From Arenicellales bacterium (GTDB taxonomy: Bacteria > Pseudomonadota > Gammaproteobacteria > Arenicellales > JAJDZL01): a DNA stretch of 64,000 bases. Made by a program: the position numbers and the translations under genes. The notes beneath the pieces are model-generated. The model was not told the origin of the DNA, searched no databases, and saw only the letters and a program-made list of their open reading frames with translations. Within the stretch, counting starts at the first letter, position 1. The number at the start of each line of letters is the position of its first letter. Below, in pieces: positions 29,848-40,453 of the stretch. The DNA lies in contig OZ242211.1 of NCBI GenBank assembly GCA_965206345.1, forward strand, positions 1,338,758-1,402,757, given 5' to 3'.

Positions 29848-30162
29848 TAGAACAATGATAGCAAGGCCGCAGACTATGTTTTTCAGTGGCCTGAAGTGGG
29901 CGGCAAATCGTCGGTGGGGTGTTTTGAAACTGATGAGACCGACAGCACTATCATTATAATGTAATTGAATGAGTCAACGACAAGACGGCAATGAGCAAAG
30001 ACCAGTTTGGCAAGACAAACTGAATGGGGTTCCATGTCGTGGATTGCAACTTTTGACAATTCATTTAAGCGGACTTGCTACGGTGCAATTTGGCGCTGGT
30101 TACCGCGCCAGGACAACTTCTCTCGCTGCTGCTTTTTGATAACTTTTCCAACTTTTAACATT

Positions 30163-31887
30163 ATGTGTAGACCAGTATTGCGCCTTACTCTGGCAACGCT
30201 TATTCTGAGTGCGTTTATTTTGAGTGGCTGTGCTGCAACTCAGCCTACGGCAGATGGTACAGATGCACAAGGAACCGCTGAAGCCGAAGACTTGCGTCTT
30301 GCACCACCGGTCGATCTTTCTGCGGAGATTTTGCACCAGTTTCTGATCTCAGAACTCGCTTACTATCGAAATGACGTCTTAACTTCAATTGAAATTCTTG
30401 AGAAGCTGGCGTTTGAAACGAACGATCCTCGTATTGCCGAAATCGCCTCGCTCCGTGCAATCGGCAATCAGCAGTATGATGTCGCCTCCAATACCACAGA
30501 CCTGTGGGTCATGCTTAGTCCGGATTCTGCAGAGGCATGGTTTTCCAACGCCGTATCGATGATTGCGACACAGCGATATGATGAGGCAGTCGAAGGATTT
30601 CAGAATAATTTGGATTTATCAACTGATCCTGATCGGGCCAAATTTCAGAGGGTCAGTCGTTCACTAAGCGGCAGCGTGGATCCGAATTTAGCCTTTGATC
30701 TGTTTGACAGAATCATTTCTGAATTTCCTGAGAGCATATTCGGTCGCCTGTACTCGATTGAACTTGCAGTAACTGCTGAAAAAGACGAAGAATTGATCGA
30801 TCAGTTGATTACCGAAGGGCTGGCGATGGCACCCAAGTCCGATGACATGGCATCAGCCAAGTTTTTCGTTGAAATTCGACGTGGCGCTGTATCTGAGGCA
30901 GTGGAATTTGCAAAGAAATTTCTGTCCCGCAATCCCGACTCCCACAATCTTCGGCATCACTACGCCCGTCATCTGGCTGGTGAAGGGCTGTACCGCGAAG
31001 CGATCAAACAGTATGAGATGCTCACGGATGCTGAATCGCTATACATGCAAGGAACCTTGCACGAACAGGCAAACTTTCCAGAGTTATCGCGAGACAAATT
31101 CCTAGCGTTTCATAAACTAGAACCCGAAAATCAACGGGTTCTTATTAATCTTGCGGAACTGGCTCTTGAGAGGAAAGATTTCGAAGAAGCGGGTGTATGG
31201 ATCAGTCGAATCACTAATCGTAATCTTGGATTCAGCAGGGATTTACTCACCGCAAAGTACATTGCAGGAATACGCAACATTGATGAGGCGGTCGCATTGC
31301 TGGAAGAACATCCGACGGAAAGTCAGCAGGAACGGATTCGAATCATTTTAGTCGTTGAAGATTTGTATCGAAATGACGGCCGGTTTGACAATGCGTTTTC
31401 CGTGCTTGAAGCCGGGCTGGAGGAGTTTCCTGGCAATACCACTTTACTGCTCGCAAAAAGCTATACCGCCGCTGAATTGAACCTGATTGATCAGGTGGAA
31501 ATAACGGTCAATGCAATTCTTGCCCAGCAACCTGACAATGCGTTGGCGCTCAATGCATTGGGGTATACGCTGATTGATCAAACGGACCGGTTGGAAGAGG
31601 GAACGGATTACATCGCGAAGGCACTGGAGATTAAACCGAACGACCCCTTTATTTTGGACAGCATGGGCTGGGCGCATTTCAAAATGGGCAACTTCGAGGA
31701 CGCAATTGAGTTTTTGAGTGTCGCACTCTCTCGCCGGGACGATCCAGTCATGGCGGCCCATTTGGGCGAAGTGTACTGGACAATTGGACGCACCCAGAAA
31801 GCCAGACAACTTTGGGATGATGCGCGCAAGAAATCGCCCGAAAATGAAATCCTTATCGAGACAATTGAACGATTGACCAGCCAATGA
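30163..31887 (+). CDS. TPR-repeat lipoprotein (conserved upstream partner of lolB-ispE)
   Basis: ATG 30163 gives MCRPVLRLTLATLILSAFILSGC, a signal peptide plus lipobox. Multiple TPR-like repeats follow (e.g. ALNALGYTLIDQ..., GWAHFKMGNFEDAIEFL). The ORF-track start at 30007 adds 52 non-signal residues. 4-nt overlap with lolB. Confidence 0.75.
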   Translation: MCRPVLRLTLATLILSAFILSGCAATQPTADGTDAQGTAEAEDLRLAPPVDLSAEILHQFLISELAYYRNDVLTSIEILEKLAFETNDPRIAEIASLRAIGNQQYDVASNTTDLWVMLSPDSAEAWFSNAVSMIATQRYDEAVEGFQNNLDLSTDPDRAKFQRVSRSLSGSVDPNLAFDLFDRIISEFPESIFGRLYSIELAVTAEKDEELIDQLITEGLAMAPKSDDMASAKFFVEIRRGAVSEAVEFAKKFLSRNPDSHNLRHHYARHLAGEGLYREAIKQYEMLTDAESLYMQGTLHEQANFPELSRDKFLAFHKLEPENQRVLINLAELALERKDFEEAGVWISRITNRNLGFSRDLLTAKYIAGIRNIDEAVALLEEHPTESQQERIRIILVVEDLYRNDGRFDNAFSVLEAGLEEFPGNTTLLLAKSYTAAELNLIDQVEITVNAILAQQPDNALALNALGYTLIDQTDRLEEGTDYIAKALEIKPNDPFILDSMGWAHFKMGNFEDAIEFLSVALSRRDDPVMAAHLGEVYWTIGRTQKARQLWDDARKKSPENEILIETIERLTSQ

Positions 31888-32519
31888 TCGCGCGGCTGGC
31901 ACTGGTCGCTGTTTTGGTGATGACGGGATGCTCAACGCAGAATGTCAATTATTCATTCGATCCAGCGATTCTTGACTCACATCTAAGCACTCTAGATTTA
32001 CTTGACAGCTGGGATATTCGAGGGCGTCTTAGTGTTCGTACAGACAAAGGTGGACACATTGGTCGAATAGCGTGGGCGCGTAGCGGTACCAATCACCAGA
32101 TTGACATCTACGGCAGCCTGGGATCAGGTCATATTCGAATCGTTGTCGATCCCCGCGAGGCTGTGTTAACTGACTCGGATGGCTGGATATCGGTCGGCGC
32201 CAACGCTCAAAGTGTTCTCGATGTTTACCTCGGTTGGCGATTTCCAGTGACTGAAATGGAAAGCTGGATTCTCGGTAAGGCTTACCCCTATTCATCTGCT
32301 GAGCAGAAGTGGGATACATCCGGCCACGTCGTTGAGATTGAGCAGGAGGGATGGCAGGTCGTGTTTTTGGAGTACGACACATTTGACGGCTACGATCTTC
32401 CGACTCGTTATCGAATTTTTGCAAGTGATGATCTTCAGCAGGAAATGGCGGAACAGCGGCCTCAAGCGGAGGTGCCGAGTCAAATCAGGCTGGTGATCAA
32501 CTCTTGGTCACTTAACTGA
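31884..32519 (+). CDS. lolB: outer-membrane lipoprotein LolB
   Basis: Lipobox LVMTGC. ~210 aa. Conserved position immediately upstream of ispE. Confidence 0.75.
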   Translation: MIARLALVAVLVMTGCSTQNVNYSFDPAILDSHLSTLDLLDSWDIRGRLSVRTDKGGHIGRIAWARSGTNHQIDIYGSLGSGHIRIVVDPREAVLTDSDGWISVGANAQSVLDVYLGWRFPVTEMESWILGKAYPYSSAEQKWDTSGHVVEIEQEGWQVVFLEYDTFDGYDLPTRYRIFASDDLQQEMAEQRPQAEVPSQIRLVINSWSLN

Positions 32520-32538
32520 CAACACTGAGAGTTTCAGA

Positions 32539-33345
32539 ATGTTGACTCGGCTTGCACCTGCCAAAATCAACTTGTTTCTGCACGTTACGGGTCGATTCGA
32601 TGATGGATATCACGAATTGCAAACCGCTTACCATCTGATCGACTGGTGTGATGAAATTGAATTTGAACTCACCAGTGACGGAAGCATTGGCCGAGGCAGG
32701 GACATTGAAGGCGTTGAGGAAGCGAACGATATTACCGTCCTCGCCGCTCGCAAGCTAAGGTCCCGTTTCCCGGGTTCTGAAGGTGTGATGATTCGTTGTA
32801 ACAAGCACATTCCAATCGGTGCAGGTCTTGGTGGCGGTAGCTCCGATGGCGCGACGACTCTGCTTGCGCTGAACGAATTGTGGGAGTTAGGAGCCGAACT
32901 CGGCCAATTAGCTGAAATAGGCCTAGAGCTCGGAGCGGATGTACCCGTTTTTATATTCGGAAAAAATGCATGGGCGGAAGGTAGAGGCGAAATTCTGTCC
33001 GGCGTTTCAGTCAACGAACAGCTCTACCTTGTTGTCTACCCTGGTTTCTCAGTATCGACAGCACGAGTTTTTGAGGCGTTCCACGGAGTTCCTTATACGG
33101 AGAAAATTGACAATGAACAATTTTCTACGGGTGACACAGTGAATGATCTTGAGGCAATCACATGTACTCTGTATCCTGAGGTGCGTACGCTGATTGACTT
33201 TCTGAAGCAATGGGGGTTGACTCGAATGACGGGTTCCGGCAGCGCCGCGTTTATGCCAATTCAGAGTCGCGAGTTTGGTGAATCCATAATTGCAGAATTG
33301 CCTGCAGCCTGGATTGGACGTGTGTGTTTAGGTCAGGCGAGTTGA
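32539..33345 (+). CDS. ispE: 4-diphosphocytidyl-2-C-methyl-D-erythritol kinase
   Basis: APAKINLFLHV and the GHMP kinase motif PIGAGLGGGSSDGA. Confidence 0.9.
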   Translation: MLTRLAPAKINLFLHVTGRFDDGYHELQTAYHLIDWCDEIEFELTSDGSIGRGRDIEGVEEANDITVLAARKLRSRFPGSEGVMIRCNKHIPIGAGLGGGSSDGATTLLALNELWELGAELGQLAEIGLELGADVPVFIFGKNAWAEGRGEILSGVSVNEQLYLVVYPGFSVSTARVFEAFHGVPYTEKIDNEQFSTGDTVNDLEAITCTLYPEVRTLIDFLKQWGLTRMTGSGSAAFMPIQSREFGESIIAELPAAWIGRVCLGQAS

Positions 33346-33364
33346 TACCTGCGTCTAAATTAGG

Positions 33365-33919
33365 TTAAACGGCTGGTGATGAATTTGCCGGTTCATTTGC
33401 CCAGAGTCGTTTGGTGACGACAAAATAGGGCAATATCAGAAACAGGGCTGAAATCAGCTTTACCGCATAATCGCCAATCGACCAGCCTACCCAGGGGAGA
33501 CCAGTGCCAGCAAATGCGATGCTGTAGAAAATGACTGTGTCAACAGTTGAGGCGATGCTGGATGAAATAAGCGGAGCGTGCCACCAGTTTTTGTGACGCA
33601 GTCGATCGAAGATGCCGATATTCGTGAGCTGGCCAATGATAAATGCGCTGCCTGAAGCTGCCGCGATACGCGGTGTGGCGAGCCAGAAAGACAACACAAC
33701 GGCTACAGCAAACCCAACGTAAGCGACCTTCCGAGCTCGTTCTGCACCGAGTCTCCTATTGATCAGGTCGGTAATGAAGAAGGTGATGGGAAAGCTGAAA
33801 TGCCCCCACGTTAACCAGTCGTTAATAGGATAGCCGACCAGAATGTTTGAGGCTGTAATGACTGCCGCCATCGCGACAATCCCTAGAATTAGAGAACGAA
33901 CTAGGCCGGTCTGACTCAA
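33365..33919 (-). CDS. YhhQ/VUT-family queuosine-precursor transporter-like membrane protein
   Basis: FSFPITFFITDLINRRLGAERARKV resembles the YhhQ signature (YPLTFLITD...YG). Polytopic, 184 aa. Confidence 0.65.
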   Translation of the reverse strand: MSQTGLVRSLILGIVAMAAVITASNILVGYPINDWLTWGHFSFPITFFITDLINRRLGAERARKVAYVGFAVAVVLSFWLATPRIAAASGSAFIIGQLTNIGIFDRLRHKNWWHAPLISSSIASTVDTVIFYSIAFAGTGLPWVGWSIGDYAVKLISALFLILPYFVVTKRLWANEPANSSPAV

Positions 33920-33943
33920 GATCGCTTTCCCTCACTCCTCAAG

Positions 33944-34810
33944 TTATTCGACAGCCGGCATTTCATCAACGAGAAACTGCGGATCCAAACGGGCAGAGAA
34001 TAAATTGATACGCCAGTCCAAGTGTGGTCCAGTACTACGTCCAGATGAACCAACCGTACCAATCACCTGGTTTTTCTTGACGTAGCCACCAACTTCAACC
34101 AGAATTTTGTCCATGTGCAAAAATGCTGATGAAAGACCGTGTCCGTGATCTATTATCATGGTGGCGCCGGAAAAGAACATGTCTGGGTGTGCAACAGTTA
34201 CCACACCACCTGCCGGCGCGCGAACCAGTGTTCCAGTTGGTGCATGAATGTCGATGCCGTAATGAGGCCTGCGCGGCTCACCATTCAGAATACGCTGGCT
34301 GCCATAGACTCCTGTGATGATGCCGTGAACAGGCCAGTCAAATTCATCAAGAAAATCGAGCCTGGGATCGTCAATATTGCGCGCTTTTTTGACTAGTGCA
34401 GAATCCTTTGCAATACGTTCATAGTCTTCTTCTGACGGTGTTACTTTGCTCGGTGGAATTCCATCTATACGCTGGATTTGATAACTTCGGGGGCTAATTT
34501 CAATGGTGCTCGTATATGCTGACCCGTCCGGATGTTCAACGACCAACTGCCAGCTGAGCTTTGCGTCGCGCCCAAATCCAATTAAAAAATTTCCAGCATC
34601 TGAAACCCGAACATTTTGCTTGTCGATCAATACTGTCGAACCGGGTTCGGTGTTTCCAAACAGTAATCCACCTTGGGTGAAGTTCCCCTTGAGTTGTGCG
34701 CCGCGGTTGATGCTCGAACCCGAATCAGCCCATAGTGCTGTGCTGGCAATAAAGTACAGCAGACCGACTGCAACTACATGTACAAGGCATCTTCCCATTA
34801 ATTGATTCAT
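33944..34810 (-). CDS. M23-family metallopeptidase (secreted)
   Basis: Signal peptide. HYGIDIHAPTGT and GSSGRSTGPHLDW (HxxxD / HxH-type zinc ligand blocks). Confidence 0.85.
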   Translation of the reverse strand: MNQLMGRCLVHVVAVGLLYFIASTALWADSGSSINRGAQLKGNFTQGGLLFGNTEPGSTVLIDKQNVRVSDAGNFLIGFGRDAKLSWQLVVEHPDGSAYTSTIEISPRSYQIQRIDGIPPSKVTPSEEDYERIAKDSALVKKARNIDDPRLDFLDEFDWPVHGIITGVYGSQRILNGEPRRPHYGIDIHAPTGTLVRAPAGGVVTVAHPDMFFSGATMIIDHGHGLSSAFLHMDKILVEVGGYVKKNQVIGTVGSSGRSTGPHLDWRINLFSARLDPQFLVDEMPAVE

Positions 34811-36192
34811 GATGCAAGCATTAGGGTTTTGAGGTCTTCCGGATTGCTCGAAATCCGCCGATAGCGTTCGGGAAGATCAATAATCTCCCGCAGCTGTTTA
34901 GGTATGGGTACTTCAATATTGAGCGTCTGCTCAATTGTTTCAGGAAATTTAGCCGGATGAGCTGTCGCTACAACCATAACCGGTGGTTCCAAACCACTTT
35001 CAGCCTGATTGACCGCATTCAACGCCACAGCGGAATGTGGATCGACAATTTCACCGGTATCTGAGTAGTGTCGAGCAATAGTCTCGCAAGTCTGTTCATC
35101 ATTGACCCGATAGGCACTGAAATGTTTGCGAGATTGCATCAGCTTGTCCTTTTCGATTTTGAAATTGCCAGTTTTTGTTAAATTCTGCATTAGGTTGTCG
35201 ACACGGTGACCATCGCGATCATACAGCTCAAAAAGATATCGTTCGAAATTACTGGAGACTTCGATATCCATGCTGGGTGTAATGGTTTGCTTGACACCGA
35301 GTTTTGTCATCTCTCCACTTTCAAAAAAGCGCGTTAGTATGTCATTAGCATTTGAACAGACCAGAAGTTTACCCATGGGCAAACCCATTTTGGAAGCTGT
35401 CCAGGCAGCGAATACATTTCCGAAGTTCCCTGTTGGAACTGCGAAGCTGACCTTGGTGTTTAAAGCGCCGATCTTGAGAACTGCATAGAAGTAATAGGCA
35501 ACCTGAGCTGATATTCGGCCCCAATTTATTGAGTTAACCGCACCAAGCACGTAGCGCCTTTGAACTTCGCGATCACCGAAGATGGTTTTGACTATCGCTT
35601 GACAGTCATCAAATGTACCATTAACGGCGTAGTTGAAGATATTTGAGTCTTGATTGGTGGTCATCTGGCGGCGCTGCATCATGGAAACCCGCTGAAATGG
35701 GTGCAACATGTAAAGGTCAATTGTGTCGCGCCCTGCTACCGCGCTGATAGCTGCTGAGCCTGTATCGCCCGAGGTGGCACCAACAACGGTCAGGTGCTCA
35801 CCGCGCTTTCGAAGACTCCAATCCATAACCCTGCCGAGAAACTGAAGTGCGTAATCCTTAAAGGAAAGCGTAGGACCATGAAAGAGTTCCATCATGTAGA
35901 CGCCAGATCGAATCTCTCGAATGGGGGCAATTTCAGGGTGACTGAAATTGGCATACGCATCCGTGACAATCTGATTGAGCTGGTCCCGCGGCACACTGTC
36001 ACCAGCGAACTTCCGCAGCACCTCCAGCACCACTTCACAATACGATTTGCCGATTAAAGACTTTAATTCGTGGTGATCGAATTTTGGCCACTCAGCTGGG
36101 ACATAAAGACCGCCATCCGGTGCAAGCCCACAGGTTGCAGCCTGCTCGAAATCAAGCTCTGGGCTCTGAGACCGCGTACTGATGTATTTCAT
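34807..36192 (-). CDS. thrC: threonine synthase (long form)
   Basis: PLP-lysine block FHGPTLSFKD, then ATSGDTGSAA. 461 aa. Confidence 0.92.
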   Translation of the reverse strand: MKYISTRSQSPELDFEQAATCGLAPDGGLYVPAEWPKFDHHELKSLIGKSYCEVVLEVLRKFAGDSVPRDQLNQIVTDAYANFSHPEIAPIREIRSGVYMMELFHGPTLSFKDYALQFLGRVMDWSLRKRGEHLTVVGATSGDTGSAAISAVAGRDTIDLYMLHPFQRVSMMQRRQMTTNQDSNIFNYAVNGTFDDCQAIVKTIFGDREVQRRYVLGAVNSINWGRISAQVAYYFYAVLKIGALNTKVSFAVPTGNFGNVFAAWTASKMGLPMGKLLVCSNANDILTRFFESGEMTKLGVKQTITPSMDIEVSSNFERYLFELYDRDGHRVDNLMQNLTKTGNFKIEKDKLMQSRKHFSAYRVNDEQTCETIARHYSDTGEIVDPHSAVALNAVNQAESGLEPPVMVVATAHPAKFPETIEQTLNIEVPIPKQLREIIDLPERYRRISSNPEDLKTLMLAS

Positions 36193-36605
36193 TTAAGCGT
36201 TTTCTTTGAATCTAGGCGTCTTCAGGAGAGGGGAAGTTAATGTAATGAGCAATGACATCACTAGACCTCACGAGCCTGAGAGCTCTGGTGCACAGCAAAT
36301 TTAAATTTTACCGTATCGCAGCATGAGTTTAGACAACCACTAATACACGATTAGGTGCGGTTATGTTGCGTTGCGTTTTCGTCAATTCGCATTTACATTG
36401 CGCCAATTTAACAGATATTCAACTGGCAAGGTACGATAAAGGCAGAGCTAAAAAACGGACACCGAACTTTTTGATGTCGATTAATTACATTAAAAACAAT
36501 AAGATAACAACCAATATATAGCGATCACAGCGCTTTAGCCCACACTATCACGAAAGTAGGCCGTATTGAATAAAAAGCAGCTTTTAACTTCGATTCACAA
36601 TCGCC

Positions 36606-37262
36606 ATGATTTTCAACTACGCATTTAATCCTGCGGCAGCGACTGATGGATTTGCAGGGGCAGCAGTTGCGGCAGCCATCCGTTTTGGTGTGGCGCGAGG
36701 TGTTTTCTCAAATGAATCCGGACTTGGATCAGCGGCAATCGCCCATGCCGCAGCACGAACCAACAATCCGGTTAGACAAGGCATCATCGCAATGCTCGGA
36801 ACATTTATTGATACGCTCGTGGTCTGCACCATGACAGCACTGGTGATTTTGACATCTGGTGCATGGACGCTGATCGCTCCAGAAGGTGGCGGTTACACCG
36901 GTGCGGTACTAACCTCTCAAGCTTTCGATGTCAGCATTGGTGGCGGTCAGTACATCGTAACTGTTGTGCTGGTAGTGTTCGCATTCACCACCATTTTGGG
37001 CTGGTCTTATTATGGCGAACGATGCTGGCAGTATCTGTTCTCAGAAAAAAGCGTGATGATTTATAGAGCATTTTGGGTACTGGCGGCACTTTCGTTTGCC
37101 AACGTGAAAGTCGATTTCGTGTGGAATCTATCTGATACGTTGAATGGACTGATGGCCATACCAAACCTGATTGGATTGCTATTGTTGGCGATTACTTTGA
37201 AGAGCAGGGTACGCCGTTATCACGGACTAAACTACCAAAAGCATAACAGCTTTTATCTCTGA
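36606..37262 (+). pseudogene. 5'-truncated remnant of an alanine/glycine:cation symporter (AGCS/AlsT family)
   Basis: The 218 aa correspond only to the C-terminal half of the family (GVFSNESGLGSAAIAHAAARTNNPVRQGIIAMLGTFIDTLVVCT...). An in-frame stop lies 18 nt upstream. Only ~410 bp of AT-rich non-coding DNA separates it from thrC, whereas the missing N-terminal half would need roughly 700 bp. Confidence 0.6.
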
Positions 37263-37270
37263 ATCTAATC

Positions 37271-37308
37271 TGGCGGTTTGCTCTACAGCAGGCTGCCAGG
37301 TTTTTTCT
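37271..37308 (+). terminator. weak hairpin + T-run after the alsT remnant
   Basis: ggcgg...ctgcc stem followed by aggttttttc. Short stem and long loop. Lies between convergent genes. Confidence 0.3.
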
Positions 37309-37344
37309 TTCACTTACAAACAGAACAGGCTTAATTTATTGAAC

Positions 37345-38571
37345 TTAGTTCCTTGGCCAGTTGAGTGCGTGTGAAGCGAACGCTGATGGCGCAACCACGT
37401 TGTATTGACCATCTTGAATTTGGCGTAGCACCATTGGCTTCGCTATATTGTTTCCAGCTTCTGAAAACTTGATCTGACCGTAGAAAGTTGAGAAATTCGT
37501 TTCAGTCAGTGCATCGCGTACAGCTTCTTTATCAAGTGTTCCGGCGCGTTCAAACGCATCTTTGAATACATAAACGGCTGCCGAAGCCTGAGCGGTTTGG
37601 TATGGGACCGTCTTTTCGGCGTATTCCGGGTAGGCTGCCTTGAATTCCTGATCGTAATTTGCGGCGGTTCCAAAGATTTCATCGCCATAAGCCAGCGTTT
37701 CTGCCCACTGTGTCGCGCACAGAAGGTCGTTGGCGGCTTCGCCGAAATTTCCAACTACATCAGCTGCTTCGCAGTGCGTAATGGCGATCATCGGGACATT
37801 CACGTTTTGTTCTTCAATTTGTCGGACAGCAGTGGCAGCTCCTTTTGAATACCCACTGACTATCAATACGTCTGGTTTCAGCAATATCACCTTGGTCAGA
37901 ATTGCGCTCATGTCAGAGAGGTCTCGCGGCAACTGCTCATCAACAACGATCTGCATGCCATATTTGCTTGCATCCTCGAGCACACCAGCCCGGATATCCA
38001 GTGAAAATGGATCATTTCCAACAGCAACAGCAACTTTGACATCATTGGTAGCCATACCGGTTTCTTCTGCTTTTTCAGCAGCGAGCGCAATCGCAGAGGC
38101 CAGATACTGTTCAGATGTCGAAAGTACTGCGAACAGGTACCTGTATCCCTGGTTAAACAAAGAACGACTGGCACCTTCAGCTTCGACCATGGGAATCTGA
38201 AATTTTTCAGTCACTGGCGCGATTGCTTTCGTCAAACCTGAAGAATATGGTCCAAGCATATACTGAACTTTGTCCTGGTTGATCAATCGCTCGGCAAGTG
38301 TTGCGCCACGATCGCCCTTCGATTCATCATCGTAGTAGATGACACTGAAGTTGTAGCATTCGTCGCCGATTTTGACGCCACCAGATTCTTTGATCTTTTG
38401 AATCGCAAATTCATAACCGTTCTTGGTATGTACACCATTGGTTGCATATTTGCCGGTCAGTGAGATTGCTGATCCAAGTACCAACTCCTTACACTCAGCC
38501 TGTGCCGCTGAATTTGCAAAAAACAATGCAATGCTGGTTAAAAACAGACCCAGCACTTTTTTCACTTTCAT
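37345..38571 (-). CDS. periplasmic ABC-transporter substrate-binding protein (LivK/branched-chain amino acid-type), orphan
   Basis: Signal peptide. GSAISLTGKYATNGVHTKNGYEFAI is typical of type-1 periplasmic binding proteins. No adjacent permease or ATPase genes. Confidence 0.8.
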   Translation of the reverse strand: MKVKKVLGLFLTSIALFFANSAAQAECKELVLGSAISLTGKYATNGVHTKNGYEFAIQKIKESGGVKIGDECYNFSVIYYDDESKGDRGATLAERLINQDKVQYMLGPYSSGLTKAIAPVTEKFQIPMVEAEGASRSLFNQGYRYLFAVLSTSEQYLASAIALAAEKAEETGMATNDVKVAVAVGNDPFSLDIRAGVLEDASKYGMQIVVDEQLPRDLSDMSAILTKVILLKPDVLIVSGYSKGAATAVRQIEEQNVNVPMIAITHCEAADVVGNFGEAANDLLCATQWAETLAYGDEIFGTAANYDQEFKAAYPEYAEKTVPYQTAQASAAVYVFKDAFERAGTLDKEAVRDALTETNFSTFYGQIKFSEAGNNIAKPMVLRQIQDGQYNVVAPSAFASHALNWPRN

Positions 38572-39031
38572 GCCCTAAACCTCCTAGGGTTGTAAGCATT
38601 AGGCCATTGGCCTGCTGTGGATGAACAAAAAGTAGTGTTCAATATACCAAAGGGATGTCTGACGCACGGGAGGCATGTCGACACAGTAACTGACAAAAAT
38701 TTCATATTTAGAAATCAAACTCAGGGAATCGACGTATAGTAATTGCTGTCAATGATCGTTAAATGCAAGAACTGATCATAAGTCAACAAAAGCAAACAGT
38801 TTACCAGTCAATCAATGGTTTAGAGATTCACATCGGCATGAATATAGAACTGTGCGAGCGCTAAATTTACACAGCCAATGCGGTCTGAATCGTAGGCTGG
38901 TTGTGAGTCTGCGACTTCATGCAGTTAGATAAATCGAGAACCTTGAAGTCCCTTTCTTTTACCGCTGATCTGCACCAATTCAGTAGCTTAAATCGATTGA
39001 AATTTCCCTGATGTAGGGTGATGCGATTGAA

Positions 39032-39490
39032 TTACTGCTTTCCAGTCAGTGAGATGCGTCGTCCAATCCAGTCGGGATGATCTGTTTCCACTGCATTCTG
39101 TAGCATGTTCTGTGTGGCATCCGGCATCGGAGCGGTGCGTGATTCGCGTGTATTGTAGTGAAGCATAATCATTTCACCCGTTGCACAGATGTTACCGCTT
39201 ACAACCATCATATGGGCACACCAGATTTTCTTTGGATCAAATCCGAGAATTATGGTTTCAACATCTAGATGAGCTGGTTTTCTGACTTCGTTGACGTAGC
39301 GAACGTGTGTCTCCAGTGTGTACAGCGCACAGCCTGTCTCGTCAAAGTAAGGAACGCCAATCTCAAAATGTTCCTGCATGGCCCAATTGGCATTCGTGAA
39401 CGGAACCAGATAATATGCTTCGTTCAAGTGGCCATAAGCATCAAGCCAACCGTCTTGCAGAGGTTCGGAATGAAAGTTAAATGTCTTCAC
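39032..39490 (-). CDS. hotdog-fold thioesterase (4HBT/YbgC-like)
   Basis: 152 aa. DAYGHLNEAYYLVPF resembles the 4HBT catalytic N-terminal block. Confidence 0.55.
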   Translation of the reverse strand: MKTFNFHSEPLQDGWLDAYGHLNEAYYLVPFTNANWAMQEHFEIGVPYFDETGCALYTLETHVRYVNEVRKPAHLDVETIILGFDPKKIWCAHMMVVSGNICATGEMIMLHYNTRESRTAPMPDATQNMLQNAVETDHPDWIGRRISLTGKQ

Positions 39491-39671
39491 GCGGATGTCT
39501 CCCGAATTTGAATTAGTATTGCAAAAATATAACCCGAATGCACTTACGACTGGTGTGGGATAATGGTATGAAGGCAGATACGCAAAGCAATTGCGTTTTT
39601 GGTTTTTGACTTGTTGTGGAAACTGATTAGATTAAGGGCAACGGCACCATAAAGCCTTACAGGAGGCACAA

Positions 39672-40409
39672 ATGTCCGCTTCATTGAGAGTGATTGTATT
39701 GCAGCATATCGCATGCGAGCATCCTGGTATATTTCGCCGGTTTATGGAAGAAGACGGAATTCAGTGGGATCCAATTGAATTGGATGAAGGTGAAACAATT
39801 CCAGATCTCGCGCCTTACGATGCGATGGTATCCATGGGCGGCCCGATGGATGTCTGGCAGGAAGACGAGTTTCCATGGTTGGCCCGCGAGAAGGAGGCGA
39901 TTCATGAAGCAGTTCGTGTACGAAAAATGCCCTTTTTGGGGGTGTGTCTGGGACACCAGCTGCTTGCTGAAGCTGCAGGCGGCTCGGTAGGACTTGCTAA
40001 CACGCCAGAAGTTGGAATGCTGGATGTCGAGTTGACACCAGATGCCGCAGACCATCCACTGATGTACAGCCTTCCTGGCAAATTCAAAACACTACAGTGG
40101 CATGGTGCTGAAGTCAAAACATTACCAGACGATGCTTCAGTGCTAATGTCTTCTCCTGTATGCCCGATTCAATCTTTCGCGGTCGGGCAGGCTGCGCTTG
40201 GCATTCAGTTCCATGTTGAAACCGGGCCGAATACGATTGATGAGTGGAATGCGGTGCCGGAATACGAGGCAGCCCTGCGCAAGACTTTCGGTGATAACGG
40301 TGCAGTGGATCTGAAGAAAAAAGCCGAAGAATATGAAACGGAATTGTCAGCAACAGCCGGCAAATTGTACCGAAACTGGGCTAGTACGCTGTTAAAAGCG
40401 AGCAAATAG
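39672..40409 (+). CDS. class I glutamine amidotransferase-like protein
   Basis: Nucleophile elbow FLGVCLGHQLL, followed by HVE. Confidence 0.8.
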   Translation: MSASLRVIVLQHIACEHPGIFRRFMEEDGIQWDPIELDEGETIPDLAPYDAMVSMGGPMDVWQEDEFPWLAREKEAIHEAVRVRKMPFLGVCLGHQLLAEAAGGSVGLANTPEVGMLDVELTPDAADHPLMYSLPGKFKTLQWHGAEVKTLPDDASVLMSSPVCPIQSFAVGQAALGIQFHVETGPNTIDEWNAVPEYEAALRKTFGDNGAVDLKKKAEEYETELSATAGKLYRNWASTLLKASK

Positions 40410-40453
40410 CTTTAATTGATCGATTCCTTTACCGGTTGTTAGTCGTCTATCGA

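Noticed and set aside
30007-30162. N-terminal extensions in the ORF track (TPR lipoprotein 30007, mnmG 7390, gyrB 18737, mgsB 51196, mgsC 50490, benE 25454)
   Set aside because: Internal ATG starts give family-typical N-termini, signal peptides or RBSs, and they remove implausible overlaps with upstream genes. The extensions are most likely artefacts of longest-ORF calling.
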